NCBI GenBank assembly: GCA_002633005.1
Contig: NMRA01000701.1
Span: 14,053 to 78,052, forward strand
Direction of reading: 5' to 3'
DNA from: Phoronis australis
Taxonomy: Eukaryota > Animalia > Phoronida
DNA: 64,000 nt
Below, piece after piece: positions 1-12,304 of the stretch. The notes below the pieces were generated by a model that was given only the letters and a program-made list of their open reading frames with translations, searched no databases and was not told the DNA's origin. Within the stretch, counting starts at the first letter, position 1, and every line of letters begins with the position of its first letter. Both the position numbers and the translations under genes were made by a program.

Positions 1-98
1 TGCCAGTGAGACATTTGCACTCCTGAACTGCCAAATGTTATCTGGGAGAATTTTAGTGGTGGCTATGGGCCCCTTGGCCCCCTCTAAATCCGCCACTT
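1..98. mobile_element. Right part of a MITE of the same family as 48407-48553
   Basis: agacatt(t/c)gcac..actgccaaatg..ccccttggcccc..ctctaaatccgccact is shared with 48470-48553. Confidence 0.75.
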
Positions 99-640
99 GT
101 ACGCGTCCCCAATTTGGAACTTCCGGGTCACTCAACCAATCTTGAGCTTAATGCGGCATGAAACCAGTGTTTTCTGTCAGAAAAGTTCTAACTTAAGTCA
201 CTTACTGTGATATAACTGGTCTTATCTTATTCCTTACTCAGTTTACAAGTGACCTCTGGGCTCGATATGAACTGACAATTCTTATTTCTTTAGACCAAGT
301 TTATAAACACCGAACTGACTTGGAGTTCTATGAGCTTGCCAGCACTTCCGAGGCACTAGAACTCCAATTTGACATAGTAATAATTGCCGAGATCATTTCA
401 TATCGGTAAGTGGTCAAAATCAAAAGTTTTTTTGTTGCAAGGCGAGGTTTATTGCCAAAGTAATGGCCTTAAAGTTTTCAGACGTAAACAAAGCCAAGTG
501 GTACCTGTCGGTTTTCGGCATCTAACGATTTTTTGTAACAATAATTCATGCAAACGCAACAGTTTCCTTTATCTTGAGATAGCTTGAACATACCCGGAAT
601 TCCATGTTTATTTTGATTTTACAAATTCACACACAGTATC

Positions 641-688
641 TCAATCAAACAATCAACCAACCAACCAACCAATGCATCAACCAACCAA
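641..688. repeat. (CAAC/CAAT)n microsatellite
   Basis: tcaatcaaacaatcaaccaaccaaccaaccaatgcatcaaccaaccaa. Confidence 0.8.
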
Positions 689-2379
689 GATAAGGCAAGT
701 TCATAAAAAAGGTTGTCAGTTTCAAAACATAGCCTACTTAATTTGGCGCCGCTCAACTAAAACTAGAGACGCACATCGACACAGGCTCAGCGTTACTTGA
801 TGATCAAGTCACGATCGTCTGCCTGGACTACTTTCGTTGCACGCAAATTACAGCTGTGACCTGAATATACTGCACTGGACATCGTCCAGTGACTCTGTTG
901 ATGTACACTAGTGTAACCGGGGTATGGGCTCTAATCTTTACATTCTAAATTGCACTCTTGATTTTTTTCTATTCTACTTTGGTGCAGACCAAGTTGGCAG
1001 TTTTCACCACCAAGTTTGATAAGTTGGTTGTTTTAAGAATCAGTGGAAACGTCGTTGTTTTATGACGGCATGACTTTAAAACATTTGGTTGACCGTGAGA
1101 GGGTTAAAACAATCGATAGCAGTCACAGATCAGTTAGCGCGGGATGTTGAGTTTGCTGGATTCCCGTGGAGGGTGATTTATACGATTGTTTTGTTTTGTA
1201 ATCGTGGTAGCATATTACTCATGCGCAGAGCGCTGACTGAGGCGTTGTTTCAGACTGGTAACGTGTTACAATACCGCAAACTTTGAAACACGTGTAGCCT
1301 GTGTCGAACAGCATTAATTACAGACTAGGAGAAGGTCAAATTTTGATTTTGGGACGGCCCGTACTGCCTATTTATAAAATTTGGTACAAGCTCGGTATTG
1401 CAGAATTTTTCGTCTTAACGTGTGTGTTTAACAAGCAAAGTGACACAGAATTAGTCAGTTTGCGGCTGTGAAAACATTATGTTCAGTCGTTCACTTGGAA
1501 TTCAAGGTAAAAATGGTTAAAAGGATGTTCCCTGCGTACGACAAATGTTCCAAATATCAGCCAACCAAAAGAGTCCAAGAGGATCATTTATCCCAACATG
1601 TCACTCACTGATTAAAATAAGACGAGCAATGAAGTCACTGTTGAATGGCCATAATAAGGTAAAAAAAAAAAAAAAAAAAAAAAAAAATATCAATCTCCGA
1701 CGTATATGTCTGAGGAAAGTATTTCTAATGCCTTGAAACTCTGTTAGAAAACACCAAGGTCGGATTTTGCGCGATCTCCGTTGCACAAGCTTAGGGTGTG
1801 TCTCGTGAGTGACGTAATACTTAGGACAGATATCCGGTCATGCGCTCCCAATAAAGATTAATCTTATGAGCAAAACACCGTCTGAAGATAATGTACAAAA
1901 ATTATATCAGTAACTAGCATTAAATTTATTGCCATTCTCAGAGATTTTGCTTTTTACTAATAATTTCTCAAAAATTGTATAGAACGCAAGACCAAATTTC
2001 TGGCTTAAGTCTTGAGTCACTTTTCGTGAAACCGACCCATGGTTCAGTTGTTATAAGTTGTAAGGTACACAAGTATTGACAAATATTGTTTCAAATGAGC
2101 TATATGTAGTAGGTTCACGATAACGTAATCAGTGGTGGATTCCATTTGGCAGTTCGGGAGTGCGAATGTCTGACGGGAAAATCATGACAAATACTCTGCT
2201 CTGGTCCCCCTTAACTAAAAATCGTGGATTTGCCCCTGCTAATACGGAAATTGACGTATATTTTATCAAAAATAACTTCAGAAGGATGGACCTGTCTAGC
2301 GAAAGATGTCCCTTCTGTTGACTCACAGCGCTTAAAGTTAGCAAGACGTTTACTTCGGAACATCATGTTTCAGAAATGG

Positions 2380-2785
2380 CTGATCAGATTTACATGAAAC
2401 TAAGATACTATGCTTTATGCGCTGTTCAAAAAAGACTGATAGGAAATATTTTTAACGTTCCATTTTCCATAAAATGATATCAAATAATAAAACCTTAATG
2501 GTTTTCGTGAAAGACGCAAACGTTGCATGAAACAAAAACGAAATGACAATTCAGAAAATTGTAACAGCATTTTTGAGACTTCATCTTATCTTCTATACGT
2601 ACCAAACAAAATTTGATCTTGTTATTTTGGTATGGATGTACCTAAATTTTCTTTGCTAAATTTTACTGTAACAAGTTCCTATCCATGTGACCCACATAAT
2701 GGCAAATTGACAAAAAATGCTACAGGCACTCCAGAAAATACATTCTGTTACAGAGTTAAAGTCTACCGCTTTGTAAATCTTTGGG
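2380..2785 (+). repeat. Degenerate dispersed repeat shared with about 45030-45385
   Basis: Collinear blocks atgaaact..agatactatgcttta, ttcagaaaattgt.aacagc.tttttgaga, tttgctaa, gaaaatacattct.ttac.gagttaa occur in both places. Confidence 0.6.
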
Positions 2786-4624
2786 AACGCAAATCTGTCT
2801 ATAAGGTCCTACAAAACGTTAAAAGACCTTGCCAACAAAAACGATGTCCCAGTTTCTTCAGAAGCCGAAACTATACAGTTAAATTCTAAGCCTGTGTCGT
2901 GGCTGTATCGATCTTGCTGGCACATATCAAGCCTGGACATACACGGTTTGCGCAATGAAACATCAAACAACAATGCAAAACCCTTTACACATTCAGTTTT
3001 CAAAACGTCTACAGCAGCTTGAGGCTAGCATTTTTTTCTATTCTTAAAGTGCAGCCAAATGAGCCAGCAACTCTAGTCTCAGACAATGCGAACGTGCAAT
3101 TTTAGGATTGGCAATCCTCTATTAACTCTAAAGCGTTTTTCCGAGTCGCTGATGAGTGCGATGTCCTTGTTGGAAACGGAAATGGAATCCTGTCACAGTA
3201 AACAATATTTGGAGACGGATTTTATGAGAACAAAATTCTAAATCGGTATTCAGTTTTTGACCACTCGACAGGGCGAAATGCAGCGTATTTCTCTTTAAAA
3301 ATGTCTCCACAAGTCCACATTTCAATGCCATAAACGATAAATGAGGCCAGCTACGCTCACGCAATCTTACGGACAGTTCGATTCACAAACTCAAAACTGT
3401 AGTAGAATCTGGCTACTTCCATTTGTGTCCCAGTGACGCATTTCACCGTGTTTATTTAGACTATAGTGCTCAGTGCCAGTTGCCCTTGTTTGTCCTTTCA
3501 GCGTTTTTACACAAACTTTCCAACTGTTAAGGTGTGTTGTGAGTTATTCACTGATCGACACGTGTTGTGGTAGCGACAATTATGAGATACGTGGAATTGA
3601 ATTAGACCACTTTCTGTTTAAACTAGTATCGCATGGTTTCCTTTTTATATAGTATTTAGATTCACCAGTCCTTACAGCAGCTCGCAAAACTTCTGTCAAA
3701 AAATAAGCTTTCGATTTAGGTCGTCCCACGTTATAAAACTCGTGTGCACATGGTTCTTTGTACAAGGAAAATAATGACAAACCCAGAAATCGCGAAGCAT
3801 CATATCAGGGTTGTAGGCAGTACATAAGCGAAAGTAGTATATACAGAGCTGTAAACATGTAAGCAATATCTAATATGAGTATTCAAATATTTATATATGC
3901 TATTACGAACACATTAAAAACATGTTTCTCAATCGCTCTACAAATGATTTTAGTGCTTTAGGTCACGGCTCGTTGTTGCCTGAGACGGAACTCAAAAGTG
4001 GGTCAGACCTGGCTCGTAATGTTATGCATTAAGCTCTCGGACACTAAACAAAACTCAGTTCTCCTCAGTTACAGAAATCGCAGCTTTTTTAATTGATTGA
4101 ACCAACTGCTCTGAACATACATGTCGAGACAGTTTACCGTTAAGACTGTCCTACCTTGGCGTGTCGCCAACGCCACCCCGATATTTAATCGCCGTGTAAA
4201 CAAACGGTGCAAATTGCCGTGTTCAAAACGCGTGATTTTTTCCAGAAACATAAAAACATCATGTGATGCAACACTTACAAGCGTTTTCTAAGAGTCGATA
4301 GGGAAAATATCAAACTAATAGAAGATCGCAACCATTGGCAGATTCTCGAGTTGCCTAAGCGGCTGCACGCTTGTCAATCCACTACGAGCGTTTTATTTTT
4401 TCGTTTTTTCAAGAGAAACCAATAAGATCGCGCAAATTTATCATTTAATTCGTGATGTCTATGGTGGAAATGTTTTTCAACCAAAAGCGCTTCAGTTAAG
4501 AATTCAACATTTCCTGTTGAACACCCTCAAAATGAAAACATTACAAGCGTTTCGACAACTTACAATCGATTCCAGTTAACTTTGAGTAAAAACCTTTGAT
4601 AGTTTTCGGCGATAATAAGTTACA

Positions 4625-4685
4625 GAAAATACAACAGATTTTGCTGTTTTATAGCTCAGGTCAAAGCGAATAATTTAAAAAAGCC
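4625..4685 (+). repeat. Core of an old dispersed repeat (also at about 17244-17300 -, 21928-21985 +, 36900-36950 -, 54508-54565 +)
   Basis: Consensus aacagattttgctgttttatagctctggtcaaagc..ataacttcaagaag is recognisable at five places. Confidence 0.7.
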
Positions 4686-5256
4686 AGTCCTGTTCAAAAA
4701 TAAACCCCTACGTTTCTTTGTTGTCTTCTTAACTTAGGGTCTGTTTTTTGGAACCAGCCACAGCGCGACAAGCACACGTGGCGTCCCTTCATGATCTTAA
4801 TTAGGCGCTGGTAATTACGAAAAAACTGATGTTGCGTAGCTGCAAGGACGACTAAAAAGACACTATCGGCAACACGGGTGTGTATTTAAGATTACTCCCA
4901 AGGTGGGTTGAAGCCCAAGAATCCAGGCGTTGCACTCAAACACTTTCTAAGTAGAGAAAATATTTATTGTTCTAGTCAGCCGGGGAATATTTTAAGTGTA
5001 TACAATTAAAAGGTGACATGCCTCAATTTCAATTAATTCTCCCGAATGGCTGGGAGCCAAGGGCGGAAACAGGCGATTTCTAATAAAATCACAAAAACAA
5101 CGGACTTCGTAAATTTACACATGTACATGTAGCTATGATCAAGTAAAAAAAACTTCAAGAAGTCTAACATATAAAATAATCCCCTCCCCCGACTGCGTTT
5201 TTCACACTGTATGCCCCTTTAAGGACATCTGACGTTTGGAAAGATGTTTGCCTTAC

Positions 5257-5991
5257 CATATCCCGGAGATTATAACTCTCTTCTTTCCAATCAATCTTGT
5301 CCACATTTTTCCTGTAGTCTGCTTCGTGCGGTTCATCATCTCCAATCAGTACTAACGCTCGTCGAGAGCCCGGCGTCCATGAGAGCTCAGTTCGCACGTC
5401 CCGCAAAGCGCGCTCGTATGCCTCCGGCATGTCGTAGTTCGGATTGGTCCATTGGCGAACTTCGCGGACAAACGTCTTTAAATCCTCGACGTTTTTGCTG
5501 AAGTCAATAAAAGTTGTTGTGTACCTCGTCCCTTGCTCTTTCGTGATGTACTGTACACCGTACTCGCTTTGTGCGAAAACGGCTATTCGAATATCCGGGA
5601 TGTGACAGACTAAAAAGAAGATTTGGCAATATAAAAGCCTATAAAACTACACAAACAAACGGTTAGAATGATTAATCTTGGTTGGACTTAAATCCGCTAA
5701 ATTTTTTTTTTAAAATTACCTTCGATGAACGAACTCCTAACAATTAATGAAAAAAGTAAAAACACATTGCCCGCACCCACATAATGGCCCAATATTATTT
5801 TAACGACAAGAGACAATGTAAGTTGTAAAAACACGTTTACTACGAATTAAAATCTAATCTGTGCAGACCTGTAACCGACCGATCAGTTCCTCCACCTTGC
5901 TTCTGACAATGTTTATGACAGGAGCCATCGATGTCGTGGTATCAAAGGAGAAGACTATTTCCAACGGACCCTGGCCCGCAGGATTAGCATC
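5257..5991 (-). CDS. VWA (von Willebrand factor A) domain protein, two internal exons (5991-5869, 5609-5257); partial, possibly frameshifted or pseudogene
   Basis: Exon 5991-5869 (tttcag|...cag|gt, 123 nt) encodes DANPAGQGPLEIVFSFDTTTSMAPVINIVRSKVEELIGRLQ, with a MIDAS-like DxTxS. Exon 5609-5257 (ttttag|...atg|gtaag) encodes IPDIRIAVFAQSEY...IDFSKNVEDLKTFV...PEAYERALRDVRTELSWTPGSRRALVLIGDDEPH...IDWKEE. These motifs match invertebrate stand-alone VWA proteins of the vwkA-like type (recalled, not searched). The start and C-terminal exons were not found, and the phases of the best splice sites disagree. Confidence 0.75.
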
Positions 5992-7531
5992 CTGAAAATA
6001 GAACAGAACGGATACGTACGTTTCCAAAAAAAAAAAATGATGTAAAACGTCTTGAAATGGAAGTCTCATTTCTGTGCCATTCTTAAATTTGCGTGAACTT
6101 TACATATAATTTTTCCCTACATTCTGTTTTTTTGAACGAAATAATGTATTGTAAGAACCTCTGCCGTTAAGACTTTTAGTTTGCCCCGTTATCGTCACTG
6201 AATCTTTAACCGTGCAACTGCAGGTTAGGTACACTGAATCTTGAAGTTGATCACACGGAAACGGATGTTTGTGGGCGTAAGGTGCCACCGTGCAGCAAAC
6301 GGAAAGAATTGAATAATTCCACAATGCCATGGCAGGAGTGGCAGTAAGTACTGGGGAAAATTCGAGTGTATTCAAAGTAATTCTTTCGCTACGTTAATGT
6401 ACATAAATACTCCGTGAAACAATTTTAAAATTGCGTAGAGACGCTAACGGGCTGCAACTGCATTCTTGTTAATAAGCGTATGTTTCTCATTGATAAATAT
6501 TTAATTTAATTCTTTTCTTACTTGTTGCAGTTCGTTCCCCATTTGCCAAAATTCTGCTCTTGCAAATACATAAAAATCCTACACGAGTCTCGGGTTTATA
6601 ACATGGGCAAAACATCTTGGAAATTTCGTCAAAATCCCACGACTTGTCGGGTGAGGAATCTGGTCCTGGAGTTCGACAGTTATCGAGTTTTTGAGCATTT
6701 TAGGCGCGCGTGTGGAGTTCAGGATAAGTACCGCTGGTTTGGTGTTTGGCGATCCAATGTTTCGGCTTAGGGGTCCGTTGCTACATTTCAGAGGCGTGAC
6801 TACTTGAAGGATTCGTTTCGATCCCCTGAATATCTGTCCTCAGTTGCCATCCTCATCGTGCAGTTACGGTTTACCCCAGGTGGATTATGTGCTTCATAAA
6901 ATAACCCAGTATCTCTAGCACTAGACTACGTGCCGCTCAGTTATACCCTTAATTAGAAAGGGTGCGGCCTTTTCTGACTTCACTCCTAACGAAAGGTTGT
7001 CCTTTTCCTGCAAAATCCCCTTCAAAAGGGTTCACTTTGAGAATTCAAAACTCTATTATAACGTTGTTTGTATTTTGAAAATAATTTTGTAATGATGTCC
7101 TCATTCTTGTCTTGATAACATGACATCTCCTCTCAGTCTATTTTTCCGGCCGCCTTAATGAGGTTAGATTTAGCTTACCAATACAAAAGGAATAGATTGA
7201 CGGACGGAATTAACCTATACAAAAGGTCGGTATTTCTGGAACATCATTCGCTATGGGTCCCTTTTCCAATATCACTCACTGAATGGGAGTGCACTCCCTG
7301 TAATTTTCCAGTTACAACACCGTCGGGAATGTAGCCGAGTAGGCCTACCTCCGAGTCAAATGTCTCTAGCAACACCAATCGTTTTTCCCAGCCCTGAACC
7401 GAGTCAAATATTAGGAACAGTTTTGCAGCGATCACGTGACCCAACGCGTGTTTATAACCGCTTCAGTGAATTTAGAAGAGCGTGCGTCCATTGAATTCAG
7501 GCAAATCAACGGCGAGAGTATACACAATACT

Positions 7532-7672
7532 GGCGGGCGTTCAGTAGACGCTAGGACCTAGCTAAAACGTAGTCAAAGTCACGTGTTCTCATTTAAAATG
7601 CACGGCAATATCTCACGTAATCTCGTGAAGTCTTGCTTTTTAGCGAGGTCCTAGCGTTACTGAACGGGAGGC
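7532..7672. mobile_element. About 150-bp MITE family (CGTTCAGTAACGCTAGGACCT inverted ends), copy 1
   Basis: Inverted ends cgttcagta(g)acgctaggacct / aggtcctagcgttactgaacg and a shared core (aaagtcacg..cacggcaatatctcacgtaatctcg). Further copies at 33137, 41924 and 58452. Confidence 0.85.
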
Positions 7673-9671
7673 TGGTCTTGCAGCAGCAACAAACAACACT
7701 GTGATCAACTGAAAACGTTCACTTACTAGCGAGAAAGAAAGGCAGACCAGCGAGCACGCGAGCACCGCGGTAGTGAACTTCAGCATCTCGTTTTGATTTC
7801 CTCTGTTCGCTGCCTTGCGATTCCGACAATGTAGGTCCAAAGGTCTGTGCACCGGCAGTGAAAATGCACCAGCACAAATGCCCACCAGCTTGTAAAACTA
7901 TCTCACAGCTGGACCAAGTCCAAACTTGAGACTCTGTATAACCCCGGCCGTTCCCGTTGTACGCGACTTAATTTGTTTATCGTGCACAATGCAAACGGTC
8001 ATCGACATTTCCAAGAAGGGACTATCCAATTTCAACATGCGCCATTTTCGATTTCGCAATTTTAGGTTTGGTCAACCCCAATAGAGTGTGATGCGTTTTC
8101 TTAAGTTGCTCAGGTGTTTCGTTGTACCCGTTACTAATAATGGATTCGAAATGGAAGGCTGTCGCTGTAAGACATTTAATAGGACTTAATTCATGAGAAA
8201 AAAGGCATTATTCAATGTTTGCGTTTTAGTCAGATAAAGAGTGAAGCTTTTTAATTTATACATTTTCTTAATTCCAGGCTACACTTCACTGATCAAATGA
8301 TTACCAATTACGTTGTTCTTCAAGACCCCTGACAACACTACAAAAATACTCGATGCATGTTTTGTATACAACTTGTTTTACTATCTGCCTTTCATTATTA
8401 GATTTAAAATGAATAATATTTAGTAACTTTGGATATTCAAAACTAGCCATGGATTCTTACCTGCGGTAAAATACCACAGATACCAGAAGCAAGGGTGGAT
8501 CCAGGACTTTGTAAAAGGGGATCGGTTCAAGGATTTTTCAAAAAGGGGGGTCCCTATGTCAAGAACAATTTGAAAATTCTAGATTTGATGTCTTTAAAAT
8601 CGAGGGAAAAGGGAGCCCGGACCCCCTTGAATAATGGATTAGAAATAATTCACCTTACATGAAAAATATAATTGCCATGTGAAAACGTCTCTCAAACTGC
8701 TCTCTCACAGTACAAGGCCCCGACTGGCTCACGGACACTCTGCAACGTTACGTCACTGCTCACACCATCATGTCGCATAGTTGTAGCGAAGGCGTAATAC
8801 CGTAGCTAACCCGCCCAATTTTGCCCCTTCTTACCGCTGTGGAAATGCACTCAAATTGTACCTTTGTCAATTTGGAAATGCTTTCAGTGCTTGAAACGAA
8901 TTGACATTCGTCACTGGTAGAGACCAGGCGCTAATGTAGCCCACAAAGGTGTCTTTAATGTAGGCGCCGAGCAGATGATTTCAAGGAATCAATAGCAGAA
9001 ATCACTTATAACTTTTCCAACCTTTGACTAATTAACCGATCGCTCAGTCGATCGTCCCAAAATTCGGCCACTGGGCACTCATGCCGCTTTTCAAACTGGC
9101 CAAATCCATTTTGAAACCCCATAACCTGAAAATTATAACTCAGTGCCAGCCACACGGTTTCTTTGGGGTGGCAATTTATCGTGGTCGCTCGCGGGGGGGG
9201 GGGGGGGGGAANATCGTCGCCCGTAATTACGCTATACGATTGATACTTCGCTGGTGTTTTACGACCCAAATCGTTAAATGATTTGGAGACTCACGTTAAC
9301 TCTGGGGAGGTTATAGGCCTACGCTCTCGCTCATAATTTTGGCCTGGCGTGCTTTGGTGCTCGTAAAGTAGCCTACCTTGCTTTTTCAATATTTAGGTCA
9401 AGTTTCATTCTCTTACCCCAACCAGTGTGCGCGTATATATACATAACATTGCAAAAACGGGTTCACTGAGAACGATATTCGATCTGGGGCTCATTCTTTA
9501 ATATTCATTTAAGACATTTGAATCAGTAATGGACAAATGAATGGATGGTGGTCTCGTGGAATGGTACTGATAAATCTAAAGACGTCTTGTTGAGATTTCG
9601 CCTTCGGATATACGGGCTACTACAAATCGTCAATTTTGTGGATGTGACGATTAACAGTACCGTGTGTTGTT

Positions 9672-10709
9672 CAGTGACGTATCTAGGGATATCACAAGGG
9701 GGGCGGGCAACATTTTGTCCGGTTGTAAGCATTTGCGCAAACTGAACCACGATTGTAGATGCGCATAGCACCGAATGGGGGGAGGTCGGAAGGGGAGTTT
9801 TCCCCCCTCCCGCCCAGGAAATTTCTCTGTTTTTACATTTAAAAATCAAGCATTTTCCTTGATTTCTGAAGTATTATCCAAGAAAAAAAAGGCAAAAAAA
9901 AACAAAAAAAAAAACCAAAAAAACAGAACGTGTCAAACAGGAAAAAATACAAGTACCTAAGACTCGACGTCACGACCTGGCCGATAGAGCGCGCGTGCGT
10001 TACCACTATGCCACCACGATTTAATTACTTATTTTCATTACTAAGAGACCTACTTGTTTATGGTCCACAGCGTTTGCGCGCGAAACCTACTTCTTTTTGT
10101 AATGCTTATTACACGTTTTATATTTTGTGCCATCAATTCTTAACAAATTCGTCGTATTTAAAATAGTCTTCAAATGCCCAAAAGTCCAAATCCGTTTTTC
10201 GTGTTGCAACAATGACGGGATTGCTTTGGAAATCGTCTTAAGATAAGGTTTGACAAAGAGAGTATTGCGAGTTTCTGAGTGATTCACTATGGCTTCGTTT
10301 AAAATTCACATCTTACCAGCAGTTTCTGTTTTTTCATCGTCACTCAGGTTCCATTTTCTTTAAAAAATGAAATAAATTTTCTTCATTGCACAGTGGAGCA
10401 GACGACGGAAACGGAGTCGTAGTGCGCAACGCCCGACTGCCGGTCACATGGGATATCGCGGGAGAGCCTATACTTAGCCATAGTTCCGTTACGAATGCGC
10501 CGTGTTCCGAATTGAAATTGGCGGATTTGAGCCCCCCCAACACTAAAACTGCACACATTTAAATCTTTTTTCATCCGTATAATTTTAATTACCGGGGTTA
10601 ATTAATAAACTCAACATTTCCCTACGCTCTTACTGTTTTATTCTTTTTTAGCTGCAGCCAAGTGGGGGGGGGGGGGCGGGCTCCCTGGGCCCCCCTAAAT
10701 CTGACTATG
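9672..10709. mobile_element. About 1-kb non-autonomous TIR element, 5-bp TSD (ttgtt/tcgtt)
   Basis: The left end CAGTGACGTATCTAGG and the following ~110 bp match the reverse complement of 29170-29273. The right end CCCCTAAATCTGACTATG matches the reverse complement of 28962-28980. Confidence 0.7.
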
Positions 10710-10949
10710 TCGTTGGACATGCCTGAACTCCGATATGCCCTTTCATATTGACTCAGTACGGTCTGAGCTGAGCGCCGAGTCCGACGTAAACTGCGGAGTT
10801 ACTCACCGTTCGTACCGGTTCTTTGGCAAGAAATTAATGAGTTGCGTGCCCAATTTCAGTTCAGTGAACCGGGTCAAGAAGATACGAACCGAGAAGTCGA
10901 CGTTTTTTATCAACTTTTTAAGTGTAGTCTGAAACATATGGCTTTCAGT

Positions 10950-11283
10950 CGGTGTAATTTTGTTTAGCCTACAGTTTTTTGTCCGGCCCCGGCTTTTCAG
11001 TAGTTAAGTTAGTTTTCAGTGCTATGTGATAATTGACACTCAGTGATGAGCGTCAACAACATATCCTTGATAAGGTGACGTGTGCGAAATAGAACCAGTC
11101 TCACGGGCAAAGACGCTAGATGTCACTGTGTTTAAGCTTTTATCGTCTTCAGCTAAGGAGAGTGACTGCGGATGTTTGGTTGCCGAGGCACTTTAAAGCG
11201 AGTCTGTAAAATGCAGTTTGTATCGTAAAATGGATGCGTGAACCATCTAGTTGCTTACGACACAATATTGTGCGACGGCTAAG
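10950..11283 (+). other. Probable non-coding first exon (5' UTR) of the SPRY gene
   Basis: CpG-containing stretch ending in a strong donor AAG|GTAAGC at 11283/11284. An acceptor tttcag at 12265 precedes the ATG at 12305. The 5' boundary is a guess. Confidence 0.45.
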
Positions 11284-11777
11284 GTAAGCGAAGTAGCCTT
11301 ACTCATACACAAACAGCAAAATTCAATCACCGACTAAGTATTCTTACACACGCACAGCGCGTACCAATGCCTTTTACTACAATCCGTAGACTATACCTTG
11401 ACTTAACCATCAACGTTATGTTGCTATAAGTACATTTTGAGAATAGAGGAACACCAAGTTTTTTCTTAAAAGTTTTCTTTTCTCATGAACAACTGCCCAT
11501 CCATTTTTGAGACCGTTTTGATTAAAGGTTACCATGGACCACACAGACACAATTGCTTCCAAGCTCGGAACAAGTAAAGTGTCTTAGTAACCTAGTTCCA
11601 AGACCGTCTCTAGCTGGGGCAGTGGAGACGTTGAAGCTTTTTGGCAAATTATGTCTTACATTGATTAAAAAAATCAAAGTCACGTTGTTGTAAATACCTT
11701 TGCACATTGTCATTGAAAGACACATTAGGAGGCCATCGATGTCTTTAATTCCTTCTCGAACAAATAACTTTTTCTTT

Positions 11778-11917
11778 GAGCAGTCCTTCGTTCAATTCCC
11801 AAAATTGGAAACTGACCATTTTTATCACTGTGCGCGGCAGGTGGTATGATGTCATATCCCCTGGCGTGAGCAATGTAAACATGGCCAGTTACCGATTTTG
11901 GGAATGAGGGACTGCTC
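11778..11917. repeat. Short foldback/MITE in the first intron of the SPRY gene
   Basis: gagcagtcc..ttcccaaaattggaaactgaccat pairs with atggccagttaccgattttgggaat..ggactgctc. Confidence 0.65.
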
Positions 11918-12304
11918 AGAAGAAATTCCTTGTGGTTAGATACCTCCAGTAGTCCTTTAAGTCGGGAGGTTTGTGGAGAATTGCATGGTGAAGTGTATGT
12001 CAGTTAAGTCAGTATCAACTGATTGTCTGCTCTTTGGACATCGGTGCTGCACATTTGTTTTATTGGCCTGATTTGTCATGACTTCACAGGACACTGCTTG
12101 CCTTTACTACACTACAGCCCAACTCCAGTCCAAAGATATTTCCTAGATACTCACTTTCATGGAACTGTTGACCCATAAAAACTCCTGATGCTGATATCAA
12201 TTTTCTAATGATCTTGAATATTTGTTTCTTGTAAACATTTAATGAGTGTCTCACTTCAGTTTCAGACTTTGATTAGACCTGTCCAATGGCTGTCTGCATG
12301 AGAA

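Noticed and set aside
3150-3180. CTGATGA...GAAA hammerhead-like core
   Set aside because: Stem II and the flanking stems cannot be formed.
6522-6615. Candidate first coding exon of the VWA gene (MFCPCYKPETRVGFLCICKSRILANGERTAT, donor gtaaga at 6521)
   Set aside because: It ends in phase 1 while the next identified exon starts in phase 0, and no bridging exon or homology could be shown.
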